Shown piece by piece: positions 49,772-62,091 of a stretch of DNA of 64,000 nt. A program made the translations under genes and the position numbers. The DNA comes from Squalus acanthias (taxonomy: Eukaryota). Under the pieces are notes generated by a model that was not told where the DNA came from, ran no database searches, and saw nothing but the letters and a program-made list of their open reading frames with translations. Position 1 is the stretch's first letter. Each line of letters opens with the position of its first letter. Location of the stretch: contig CM059431.1 of assembly GCA_030390025.1 (NCBI GenBank), forward strand, positions 133,550,001-133,614,000, given 5' to 3'.

Positions 49772-49847
49772 GGTTGTCACCATTGGTTGCTTGCTCATGG
49801 TACGCACATCAAATTATCATAGAGCATTATGACCCCTTAATGCCAAA
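49772..49847 (+). CDS. CLDN10: Claudin-10 coding exon 3 (TM3/ECL2)
   Basis: catag|GG TTG TCA... gives (G)LSPLVACSWYAHQIIIEHYDPLMP(K)|gtgagt. 76 nt, phase 1-2; resembles claudin-10 CSLYANKITTEFFDP. Confidence 0.88.
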
Positions 49848-50259
49848 GTGAGTATTTAATTTCAATGTCAGTACCTATTATTATTGACTGGCTAAACCTT
49901 TTACGTGATTTCCTGATATCTGGCTTTGACTTCAGCTCAGTGGCGCAGACAAAGATTTTATCTCCTTAGTTGTAAAAAATGACAAAGCTTTATTGTAAAA
50001 GTTGTGCTCTGATACTACTGTGGGAACAGAAAGAACAGAAACACAGTGAGAGTAAAAATGCTAAATATTTTTTATAAATAGGAATGAGGTAATAAACATT
50101 GGACCAAAAGTCCTTGAGGGACTGATGGAACCCCCTGGAAAATGGCAAAGACCCATTTGTGTCGGGTTTCCATTATTTCTGGGAGTTTTTGATTTGTATG
50201 GTAAAGGATTGAACCTATGCAGGGGTTCCTGATCCAATAGCTTAATCAGGACCCGGCAT

Positions 50260-50730
50260 ATCTGGAGAAAATGCTGGAAGTACCCAGCAGGTCAGGCAGC
50301 ATTTGTGGAGAGACAAACAGAGTTAACATTTCAGGTCAATGGCCTTTCGTCAGAACTGGAAAAGGTTAGAGATGGAAGCATTTTTTAAACAAGTACAGAG
50401 GCAGGGAAAGGGGGAAGGCATGAAAGAACAAAAGAGAAGGTCTGTGATCGGGTGGAAGACAGGAGTGATTAAATGACACAAGGGATGATGGTGCGAGGCA
50501 AAAGGGGGTGGTAATGGACAAGTAAGGAAATAAAAGATGAGTCTAGAGGAGCTGTAAATGGCAACAGCAGAACCATTACCAGCACCTGCTGTCTGAAAAA
50601 ATGGGAGCGGTGGTTATACAGTATTCTGAAATTGTTGAACTCAATGTTGAGTCCGGAAGGTTGTAAAATGCTTAATCAAAAGATGAGGTGCTCTTCCTTG
50701 AGCTTCCGTTGCGCTTCATTGGAACAGAGG
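50260..50730 (-). mobile_element. Old Penelope-like 3' remnant (second family) with degenerate hammerhead
   Basis: 50627-50728 matches the reverse complement of the GIY-YIG end at 63900-64000. Minus strand agtt-CTGACGA-a-AGGCC att GACCT-GAAATGTT-aact near 50320-50357. Confidence 0.75.
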
Positions 50731-52078
50731 AAAGAGAGGTCAGAGTGGGAGTGGGACAGAGAATTAAAATGGCAAATGACCGGAAGCTATCTATGAAGAT
50801 TGGTAAGTGAGACATAGTTACCTTCACACGGGCAGTTGTGAACCCAACCACTGCCGTCAAGGCCAGGGAAGCAGTCTGGATCCCCAAAAAAGCATAAGGT
50901 ATTTTTAACCAAATTGTCCAAATCAGCTCTCAACTCAGTGGGCTAAGGGAAGCACAGGTACCCGCCCCCATGGTAGGTGGGTACTGTACATGGTTACATC
51001 AACATGGGGCAGGTACACCCATAGTGGTGCTAGCACCCACCTGCCTTATGCACCAGTGGGCATGATCCCAGAATAACCACCAAGATCGTGGCCTCCAGAT
51101 TTAAATGGCCATTAACTGAATAACATTAGGAAAATAAAGTAGATTACTTGGTAAATGAAGGCATAGTCCACATAGGTAATTCAACTAGAAACATTACTAT
51201 CCTACTGAGAGACTAGAGCTTGGATTTTATTCTTTTTACTGTCCGATAACTGGGCTGCATCTGTAATTGGGCAGGAAACGCTACTCTAGCCCTCACCTAG
51301 TTTGCAGCTGTCATTTCCAGCCAACTGCAGAAGTGCCCACCCTGCCTAAATGAGGCTGCATGACATAATTGGCTCCATTCCTGTCATTACCACCTCATTT
51401 ACGCTCAGCAGTAATCACACCCAAATACAAAGTGCATTCAGGGTTGTTAGGCACTGGGGAAAAGTAAATTTAAAAAGCCAAACACAGACATTTGTAAGCT
51501 ATGCAGAATCCTTATTTCTCCTGATTTTAGATTTATTTTTGTATTTTTTTTTGCTCCTTTTAACAAATTTACTATCTGGCTTCCTACCATTTGCTTTGGG
51601 ACTATCTTTCCACATTCCTCTTTAAACAGAACACAATAGATTTCCCATTCAGGATTGCTTCTATCTTTGCTTCTTGGAAGAAGAGGCGGAAGAGAAGGAA
51701 TCAGAGATCCATAGCACATCTCCACTCCTATCTCAGTACCAGCTGTTGCTTCTACCTGCATTTGTCAAGGGTAGTTGCACAGAGCTGGATAACAGAGGAG
51801 ATGCGATGAAGGAGGATGACATGGTCTATCATATCAAACATATCAGAGAGGTCAAGGAGGGATAAAGCAGCATAGCCACAGTTACAGAGGCTGCCTCAGT
51901 GCCAAGGAAAGTAAAACAGTGCACTTGTGCTTTATTTCTACATTGTTCTAATAGTTTTTTAGTGCCTGGGAGTCCTTTGTGAAAGAACAATCCTTTAATA
52001 AAGACCACGATGTAGATTATAGATAATTTAAACAATTTCTTTAAGAAAATACTTGACATGTATATTTTGCCTCTACAG

Positions 52079-52186
52079 ATATGAATTAGGAACTGCTTTG
52101 TACATCGGGTGGGCTGGTGCAGTGCTTTGCATCTTGGGTGGTTTGAGTTTTTGCTTGTCAGTGGCTGAAGATAAACACTCCCCAAG
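52079..52186 (+). CDS. CLDN10: Claudin-10 coding exon 4 (TM4)
   Basis: ctacag|A TAT GAA TTA GGA... gives (K)YELGTALYIGWAGAVLCILGGLSFCLSVAEDKHSP(R)|gtaaac. 108 nt, with the YELG-ALY-GW claudin motif. Terminal exon not seen. Confidence 0.92.
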
Positions 52187-52341
52187 GTAAACATTGATTA
52201 AACCTTCTTGAAAGTACACAAGAAGGGGAAACCTAGTTACTATTCCAATCCAGCAACAGTTTAAGTACTTGCTTCACACTTGTATTGTCACAGTTTCTGT
52301 CCTAGTGACATGTGATATTCTAATCCATCTGCAGCAGCTAG

Positions 52342-53126
52342 TGGGTAATTTTGACTTTGTCCGATAGTGTAAAATGGGTGATAGTAAATCAACAGCCCGT
52401 TTTACATCTCTCCTGAATTTTATTTCCATTGAAGTTGATCAGGAGGGAAGCTGAGGTGGCAATTGAGAGGGGGTCAAGGCGACGATCAGGAGGGGGTCGA
52501 GCATGCGATCAGGAGGGGGTCGAGCATGCGATCAGGAGGGGGTCGAGCATGCGATCAGGAGGGGGTCGAGCATGCGATCAGGAGGGGGTCGAGCATGCGA
52601 TCAGGAGAGGGTCGAGGCGGCAATTGGGCCGAGGATGAGGTGGCAATTGAGCAGAGGTCGAGGCGGTGATCGGGAGCGTGGGTTGAGGAAGTGATCAAGA
52701 GTGGGGTGAGACCTTGATTGGGAGTGGGGTTGAGTGTTGGTCAGCAGAAGCCTGTGTTTTTAATGTGCAGCCAGGAAGAGTACTCCTGCGCTACATTCAG
52801 GTAAGTATTTTTTAACAGCCTTTTTGCTGGCACCCTTTAAGGACTGCTGTTTAGGCCGTATGTCGACCTGATTTTCCTAAACACAGCTGGCCTGGCACGT
52901 TCGGGGCAACCCAATTTTGCTCAGGGGATGTCAAACTGGCATTGGGCTCTATATTTTTATATTCAAAGGAACTAACACCTGACGCCTTTTTTTTGCCTGT
53001 ACCAATTTGGTGAGCAGTGCACTTCTAGCTCGTAATAAGCACGTGCTTCATGTCTACCATCTTGGAATATAAATCGCCCATTTAGCATCTGAAAAATGAG
53101 CATGGCACCATCAAATAACTAGTCCC
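52342..53126. mobile_element. Probable old MITE / Harbinger-type derivative
   Basis: GGGTAATTTT start; internal CCCTTTAAG motif shared with other local elements; left part similar to the MITE at 34184. Confidence 0.4.
52484..52615. repeat. 23-bp tandem repeat, ~5.7 copies
   Basis: Unit GATCAGGAGGGGGTCGAGCATGC. Confidence 0.93.
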
Positions 53127-53227
53127 AGGTTTGAGGATCTCATCAGCTTGTTTATCTCCAAAATTCAGACCACCTGCTCAGATGTCTGAGATCCTTATTA
53201 TGAGTAGACATATTTGTAATGTTATAC

Positions 53228-54042
53228 CACAATCTGTAACCTCATGGCCCAGCATATCCCTCACTCTACCATTACCATCAAGCCAGGGGACCAACCCTGG
53301 TTCAATGAAGAGTGTAGAAGAGCATGCCAGGAGCAGCACCAGGCGTACCTAAAAATGAGATGCCAACCTGGTGAAGCTACAACACAGGACTAAATGCATG
53401 CTAAACAGCGGAAGCAGCATGCTATAGACAGAGCTAAGCAATCCGACACACCAATGGATCAGATCAAAGCTCTGCAGTCCTGCCACATCCAGTCGTGAAT
53501 AGTGGTGGACAATTAAACAACTAACGAGAGGAGGAGCCTCCATGAACATCCCCATCCTCAATGATGGTGGAGCCTGGCACGTGAGTGCAAAAGACAAGGC
53601 AAGCCAAAAGTGCCGAGTGGATTATTCATCTCGGCCTCCTCCAGCGGTCCCCACCATCACGGAAGCCAGTCTTCAGCAAATTCGATTCACCACCTTAAAC
53701 ATTCACTCCCTCTACCACCAGCACACTGTGGCTGCAGTGAGTACCATCTACAAGATGCACTATAGCAACTCGCCAAGGCTTCTTCGACAGCACCTCCCAA
53801 ACCCGTGACCTCTGCCACCTAGGTAGCAAGAGGACAAGAGCAGCAGATGCATGGGAACACCACCACCTCTAAGTTCCCCTCCAAGTCACACACCATTCTG
53901 ACTTGGAAATATATCACCGTTCCTTCATCGTCGCTGGGTCAAAATCCTGGAACTCCCTCCCTAACAGTACTGTGGGAGTACCTTCACCACACGGACTGCA
54001 GTGGTTCAAGAAGGCGGCTCACCACCACCTTCTCAAGGGCAG
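53228..54042 (+). mobile_element. Internally deleted copy of the LINE family at 23945-28560
   Basis: 53230-53690 matches 24197-24678, then jumps to 3' sequence matching 28168-28494. Confidence 0.88.
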
Positions 54043-55057
54043 TACATGAAATTCCATTATTATTTACATTTACACAGGGAATAATAATGAAAGAAAAAGA
54101 AATAGCAGCTGCAAGAAAAGGTGTACAAAAGGGAACAATTGAAATCTGAATCAAAGATTCTGAATGAATTATCTACTTTTACATACAAGAGGTCTTACAA
54201 CATTGTGACAGAGGGTTATATATCATTGCTATTGTCTGAGTGATTTAATTTCCTGTTATCTGCTTATTTATATTCATTACTTATCCATTTTCTGTCAGTA
54301 TCTTTCATTTTGTAACCTGCTTACACAGCATGCACAAGTGTGAATTTTTGGATCAAGCCTCTGATTGGGCAGAGGCTTGGTGGTGGATAATTAGCATGCA
54401 GCAGTTGAAAGAGGCATTGTTTTAACAATTGGTGAGAGGAAGCAAAAGAAAAATTTTGAGATATCTATTTCTGATTATACTGGCTACAAGATGTCCCAGT
54501 TTTTAGATGTGGCAATTTAAATTGTATTGCAACAAGTGAACTGGAGGAGCCAAGGAACTATCGAAACTTACAGCACAGGAGCGGGCCATTGTGTCTGTAT
54601 TTGTTGATGATTAGAGCAATCCAAAATTAGACCTACTGCTCTCTCCCCACAGCTTTGAGTCCCCCTTTGCTTCACATATTTATTCAATTCTCCCTAAAAA
54701 ATGCAAGGGTCTCTGCCTCAACCATTCCCTGTGGCAACACTTTCCATGATCCAACAATTGTTTTCCAATTATCCACTTTAAATTGGATATTCCACCTCTC
54801 CCCCCATTCTGCTAACCTGTCTATGTCAACCAACTTTCTATCCATGCTGTAAAACTTCCTCTTATACCATACACCTGAATTTCTCTAACAAGACAGCTCA
54901 GCAAACGACACCTGAAAAGCAATCTACATCTACTCCATTTCCTTTATCTATCAATTGGTCACTTTTTCAAATAACTATTAAATTTGTTAACATGACTTGT
55001 CATCAACTAATCCATGCTGACTGTCCTTGATTAACTTGTGCCTTTTGTCTTGATTTA

Positions 55058-55715
55058 TGGGGATTGATTTTCATCCCTGTTTTCAGGAATGGGGCAGTAG
55101 CGCAGGGAAAATTGCAGTGCACTACTTACCACCCATTCCTGGTGCTGATCCACCAACCGCCATTTTCATCCAGTCTCAGACGGGTGCCTCATTAAGGTTT
55201 ACACATTGAGATCCTATGACATACATAGGAATCTGATAGAATTTTCAGGTACTAATGGGTGGAGCATGCACCACTCACTTTTCGCCGATTGCTACTTGTC
55301 TTAAAGCAGTCTAACCAGAGGCTGCTCAAACAACAATTTAAAACATTTTTTTAAATGATTTTTGTGGGGTCAGGAGGAGGTGCTCTTGACCTCACCAAAA
55401 TCTTATCATCTGCTGGTGGTCTCTCCGTCTCACCCGCTCCTCCCCCCACCCCAGCCCTGGATTATCTTCCCTCCCCTCTTTAAGGCACCACTTCTGGCTC
55501 AGTACCACAGAGAAGCTGCCGGATTTCCTACCTCACTCATCCCGATCAACGAACTGCCTATCAGTGCTGGTTGAGCACAGGCAGCTCACTGCAATTATTC
55601 AAATGAGGCCTGACCATGAAAGTGGTTTGGGCCTCACAACCATACAGTTGGGCAGGTGGGAGGCTCACAATGCCCACCTTCCAACCTATGGAATCAGAAA
55701 CTTGAAAATTCACCC
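55058..55715. mobile_element. Old Harbinger-type MITE
   Basis: Imperfect termini GGGGATTGATTTTCA / TGAAAATTCACCC. Confidence 0.45.
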
Positions 55716-56139
55716 TATGGGTTGTAAGAGTGTGTCCAGAACTAGCATTAAATTTACTGGTCTAGTGTTATCCAGTTTGTCTTCTCTCTCTTCTTGAACC
55801 AAGCGTTATATTGGTTGCTCTCCAGTCCTGTGTCACAATTTGCATATTTAAGGAGGATTGCAAATTGTGAAGAGTGTCTGCTATCTCTTCACTGACTTCT
55901 TTCAACAGTCTCGGGTGCATGACATCACTGCCGAGTGATATATCCACCTTTAATTCTTCAGAGTCAATTCCTTTTCTATAGTTATCTCAAACAATTGTTC
56001 CATAACCTCCTCTGGCACACATACATTCTCAGTTCCAAAGTCTGATGAAATATATTTATTTAATATCAGTCATACTTTCATTCCCCACAATTAGACTTCC
56101 CTTCATTTCCTGAGTGTTACTGATCTCTGTTTAGCTCTT

Positions 56140-58950
56140 TTGGACAAATGGGGATGAAGAGTCCCCAGAAAAATTGCCAAAGGTGCATAGAAGGAGGTGG
56201 CAAGCAATGTGAACACATTGTACAAAGCATCAGCAGACCTGGCTACAAAAAGTTTAATGACCTCAGCAGGTTAGAAAGGTAGGATAAGCCCCTAATTGTA
56301 TTTCAAGATATTGAACAATTTACCATAAGGGGAGTGGTGGGGGTTGGGGCAGGGGGTGCTGGGAGCTTAGTGTAATTTAGATTAAAATGTGTTTTTAAGG
56401 ACTCAAATTCCCAGTCACATGCCAGTTTTGCGGATTGGAAATCAGATGAAGTGTCAGTCTCGATTGCCTCAGACAATGGAATGTACACATCCCAGCAAAC
56501 ATGCACACATTATGGATTGGAATCTCATCCTTTTGAGCTCTGCAGAAGATTAAGTTTCAAGGAGCTGACATTTAGCGAGGAAGTAGCTGGTTTAATTGGC
56601 AGCGCAACTGTCCAACCCATAGACTGGGAAAAGGGTCATAAGTTGATCCTTCAGCTTCCTGTCCACTGGGGAGGCCACACGACAAAGGAAGAAACACATT
56701 CTGGAGGTCAGTTGTTAATGTCTGCTGAGAGAGCCAGGTATGACCTTGGTCAAACTACCTTAAGAAGGGGGCCAATCGCGTGCATAGCAAGTCATGGTCA
56801 GATTCAGGTATAGGGCTAATCAAAAACAATTATTACTTAGACAGCTAACTGGGGCAGTGTGGAGTTCATTTTATGATTTTTCTGATTTCTATGGAGGGAC
56901 TGGTTAAATTGTATTAAGGTGAGATTTGCGATAGCTGTTACTCTGTATGTTCATTTACAGACAGTAAAATAAAGCAGCTTAATGACTTGTATCTGGCCTT
57001 GTCTCACTAAAATCAATCCATAGATCTGAAAGGTTGAAGAACTACATGTGAGGGCACATGTAAAGATCATGATATCTGGTGGGTCTCATTGGCCTGGAAA
57101 TTGCGGTCGAAAGCTTGCCGCCCGCGTACGCCTCCGAACCGCAAGTAAACTCCGTACTTACCTGATGGCTTCGGACTCTTGCGGTTCTGGGCCTGCGTAA
57201 AGGCCCACGCATCCCAGGTGCGCATGCGGTTCGCAAGCATCCCGAGATCACGTGGGGCAGGCCAACCAATGACAAAGGGGGATTCCATTTAGGTACGGAA
57301 TCCCCATCGGCATAACAGAAATTACCTAATAAATACAATTTCACAACACTGAAAAAAATAATAATCACAGGTTCAAAATTAATTAAAATAACCTTTAATT
57401 AAACATTTAAAATAAAAATTTAATTTTTTGAAAAATAAATGTAAACATTTTTAACCAGGACAAAAGTGACCTAAACTAATTTTAAATGTAAGTGAATGTT
57501 TAAATAAGTTTAAAAATTTTATTTTAACATTTATTTTAACCCTTACGCTGGTAAAAGAAAGCCTTACTTCTGCTTTTACCAGGCGTAAGGGTTTGGTGGG
57601 TATTCATTGGGCAGTAGTTGGGCAAATAGCCCAAAGCTGCACCAACGAAAGTCAATTTGTAGCGGATGGGTACGATCTGTCAAGGAGAAACTTGACAGAG
57701 TGCAAGTTCCGTGTTTTCACGTACTCGCATCGCATGCGGAAACCTAGAACTTGCGGGGCACTTACAACAGCGTACGCTGTGCGTACACTGTCATAGTATA
57801 AACCAGAGGGGTGTAACTTTGGCCCTGTAAAATCTGGGCCAAAGTTACACCCTCTGGTTTATGCTACTGTATGGGTAGCAAAAGTAAACTCCTGATCACG
57901 TGGGATTCTCGTGTACTAACAGGAGAGACTGGTGATACGAATCCAGGACAATATCTATGACAGACATGAAATTTGTAACACTCATATAATCTTATATTAA
58001 TACTGTGTACGAAATATGCAGGGTACCTAGAGTTACATCCCTCTCAGTGTTTTACAGTCCTTTGAATAATTAGGGTGAGTGCCTATTATGCTGTAGGTAC
58101 AATTCACAGCAGCAACCTTCTCTTCTAAGTGCTTCTTTCCTCACAGCCTTAAATTCATTTTCCCCAAACAAATCCTTTCATGTAATGTAGATGTATGCTG
58201 CATGTACATGTACCCACAGGGCTGCACACTGACACATGGATATATCTGTACGTCCTACTGACAATTTGAATTTGCCATCTCTTTTACTAAGTTTGCAGAA
58301 GAAGACAGAACATAATCAGAGGGAGAAATCTCACAGGAGAGATCTCCCCAGTGTATGTCCCCTTACTCCACTTGAGGCGGTGGACCTAGAGATCCTGGGA
58401 AGAGATGTGGAAGCAGAGGATGGGGAAGTAGGAGCCGTGGACCCAATTAAGTTTAGTACTAGCCTCCTCTTGCTCTTTCTTCTCATCATATTCACTCACC
58501 CATTGGCACCAAAATGTACACTCAAACATAAAAACATGTCACCCATTCTTTTGAAAGCTTTATCTGAAGAGTTCTCATAAGGGACAGCATTGTAACATAT
58601 TTCTCTTTCTCTAGCTGCGCCAGAAGAAGAACAGTTGTGTCCCAATGATACTAACAAGGCAGCATCATTCATGCTAACCCCCCAAAGCACCAGCTCAGGT
58701 TTATTCATCCCAGAGTATATCAAGACTGCTGTAGAAGAGGGTGCACTGGATGGCCAGGAGCTAGCAATGGCAGTAGAGGAGCAGGAATCTTCTGTCTGTC
58801 CATTGTCATTTGATGAAGCCATGGACCTGGAACACAGGGGATCCGTATCAAAGATTGCTGAAGTCATCAAAAATTGTGCCAAGCCACCTTCAGTAGTTAA
58901 TGACTGGTAAAGATGTATTCATTCCCCATCTCTGCATTGTGTTAATGGAT
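56140..58950 (+). pseudogene. Highly decayed Harbinger Myb/SANT gene remnants
   Basis: AAAAAGTTTAATGACCTC (KKFNDL) followed by a donor near 56279; exon-2-like KKTEHNQREK..PLTPLE at ~58298-58400. Confidence 0.45.
57091..57790. mobile_element. MITE-like insertion with GC-rich ends and AT-rich core
   Basis: Starts GGCCTGGAAATTGC; subterminal GCGTACGC / CGCATGCG motifs at both ends. Right boundary uncertain. Confidence 0.45.
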
Positions 58951-60062
58951 GGAATGGAAACACCATAGAGTGTGTGATAACTCCAGGAGCACCTGCAGCG
59001 AGCAACTCTCCCACTATAGCAGAGGTCCTGAGGGCATTTATAGCATCTTTTGTGAATGCTCAGAATGCTCTTGTTGGACTGCTTTCTTGTTCAAATTAAT
59101 TTTGTTACCTTAAGTAACAGTGTACACACGCACATACAGTTCTAACAATGCAAAACCTGGTCTTTATTGAGACACCATATTCACGATTCCTGTATGAGTG
59201 CTACTATACAGTGATTTACTTACACTTATATACCATTTTTACCTTTGATCATTACATTCCATGCATATTATCACTAAATCATAATATAGCAAAGAGACAT
59301 GCAGGTTACAGCAGAATCAACAGAACATGGACTCAGCAAGATGCATCTTGCCCTTCTTAATCCCTTCCAATTATCCCGTTACCTCGGTTATGTTGCATTA
59401 ATTAACTTAGTCCCATTCCCATGAGCACCAGCGATCAAAGACATATTCCAGATAATCACATACATTGTTGAGTGTTTACTTTAGACATTCCACCATCCCC
59501 TTTATCTGCAGATCTGATCGTACCTTGCACTCCCTTGTATAGTGCAGAATTTACAAACCCATGTTCAGCAGAAAGCTGTTTTAACTCATCTTCGGAGCTT
59601 AACCCAACTTGCGCTGGTCCCGCAGGCAGCACAGGACGTTGAGGTACTCAGGTAGTATGGACTCACGTTCCCACAGCTCTGTCCTCCAGCTTGGACTGAT
59701 TTGATGATCATATGAAGAGAACAAGTGACTAAGGTTTCAGTAGTCTCATTGATGCTGTCAATTCTGATGTTACATAGATCAGTAAGCAGTGCTCAGTAGC
59801 AGAGCTATGCATGGGATGAGCATGGATGATGTGACTGTCTCTCAGGATGACAAAACATTTGGAACTTCCCCCTACCTCCTCCAAAGACTGCACTGAACCC
59901 GCCTGCCGCCCTGTCCGATGACTGTACTTGTTTCAAAAGCGGGATGGGCCAGATCACCCCAAAGCTGTGGAAGTAGTGGAGCGAGAAACTGTTCCATTCC
60001 AGGACCCAATTCACAGAGGCAAGCAGGCCATATCAATTCCAAGAGCTTCTTACAGATACATA

Positions 60063-61020
60063 GGCCGGAATTTCCCCCTAAAAAACAGGTGGGTTGGGGG
60101 CAGTTAAATTGTTAAAAATGGAATTCCCGACCTGATCCCGCCTCCAACCCGCCCACTTCCGGTTTTAATTGGGACAGGGGCGGGACGGGGCGGTGGGTGA
60201 CCAACCTGCTCCCAGGGAGCGGTACGTCAATTTAAATATTATAATGAGACTGGAAGCCTCTTTTTTAACCTCCATTTTGAATTTAACTGCATGTGGACGG
60301 GTTTCACACAATTCATGAAACCCAGCAATTAAACCGAGACGGGGACGGCTGGATCCAGGAAGTGAGTGGCTTTATACCTACCTCCTGGATCCAGGCTCCC
60401 TGCCTAACCCACCCCCGTGATCGGAGACCCCTCACAAGGCCTCCGATCGCCTTCCCAGGCCGTAAATCCCCACCATGAGGCCACCCCTCCCACCCCACCG
60501 ACGCTGCTGAGGTCAGCCACAATCATCCAGGTGGCCGGCCCCGATCCTCTCTCCCCCCGGCCGATCCTCCGGCCGGCACCCCCCTCCCCGCCCCGGTCGA
60601 ACCCCGATCCTCTGGCCCCCACGATCCCCGGCCGACCCCCCTCCACTGATCCCCGATCCCCAGCCGACCCCCGCAGCCAATCCCCGACCCCACCCCCCCC
60701 GCCGATTCCTGACCCCCCCATCCCCAATCCTCCCCTGCTGATCCCCGACCCCACCCCCCCGCCGATTCCTCGAACTCTCCCCCAGACCGATCCCTCCCCC
60801 AGACCGACCCCTCGCTCCCTCTCCGTATCTGCAGGCCTACCCGCCCGGACCCAACCAGCCTCTCAATCTGGCTGGCTGCGGGCTCGAATCCGAGGCCTCA
60901 CATGCAATCAGACCCTGCTGTTAAAGTCGGCAGGGCCTGCGGGAAACCTGGCCTCCCGGGTTTCCCGCCCACCTCGGAGGCCCCCTGACCCCAACCCGCC
61001 TCCCTAGAGAAAACTCCGGC
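60063..61020. mobile_element. Harbinger-type MITE with C-rich CCGATCCCC internal repeats
   Basis: TIRs GCCGGAATTTCCCC / GAGAAAACTCCGGC; subterminal CCCGCC motifs. Confidence 0.65.
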
Positions 61021-62091
61021 TGTACAGCCAGATAATTGACATAACCATGGGGAGTGGGGTGGGGGGGGGCATGTCAGAGAAGCACTAAGTTACGTTATTG
61101 AGCACATCAATCATGCACTGCCATCAAAGGAAAGCACTAGGAAGCTAGGCAAAAACATTTAGGGGAATAAAACATACTTGTAATGAAGTTAAATTGTGTC
61201 AGAAGCTGTTCATGTTATAGAGTTCTTGATAGGAATGGTATCTTTGGTAGTTGAGTGTGAGCTAAATGCAATTTAGGTGAAGAAGTATTGGTTAAAGACA
61301 TGTTGAAGATGTAGGAAGGGCTATTGATGCAATGGGTTGATGGAAAGTTAGCAGAAGGTCTCCTCAATGAGAGTTCAGCAGATGGGTCTAGCAACTGGAG
61401 ACGGTGGTTCAGCAACCGTACCTTCAGCCTCTTCCTACTTGCCTTGCTGCTGTCATTGCTTTTCTCCTCTGGGTGTTCGATGCTGATGTTGTGGTGGGTA
61501 CCTTTGGTATCCTAGGAGTCAACCTTGCACTTCCCACTGTGGGCCAAATAATGGGGCCATGGTGGTTTGCCTTAAAATAAAAGCATTATGAATAATATCT
61601 TATTGGTTGGTGAAGTTGTGGGGAATGACGACCACAATAATACATAAAACTTAGGCTGGCCTGCATTGTAATACACTCCCAATCTGTTTATTCATCTGAA
61701 ATGCCTATGGTGTGTTGTACAATGACTCTGGAACATGCTTGCACTTTATTATACCCGTGCTCAGCATATGTAAATGGCTGTCATGGTACTGTCATGAGCC
61801 AAAGTGCAGAATGTACCTTTGGTCTCGTAGGAGCCAACCGTGCGTTTTCCTTTGTGGGCCAAATAATAGAGCCTGGTGGATTGCCTTAAAATAAAAGCAT
61901 TATGACAGCAGCCTGGGAAGTGGTATTCACATGCATGATCCTGTGAATGCACAGCTATGGTGTGCAGCAGCAAATAGGGTCACGTGGGTGCCATCAATGA
62001 CGTGCTGGACTTTGGGCACTGCTGCCGTGTGAAAAAATGCAGAGCTCTCTCACGTAGTTGTTGATTACCCATGGGGAAAATAATGCTAACT

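Noticed and set aside
60417..61007. Proline-rich 196-aa ORF
   Set aside because: Low-complexity C-rich interior of a MITE.
61701..61889. 'SAYV' as claudin-10 terminal exon
   Set aside because: Not followed by a stop, and no acceptor or other similarity; the terminal exon is probably outside the window.
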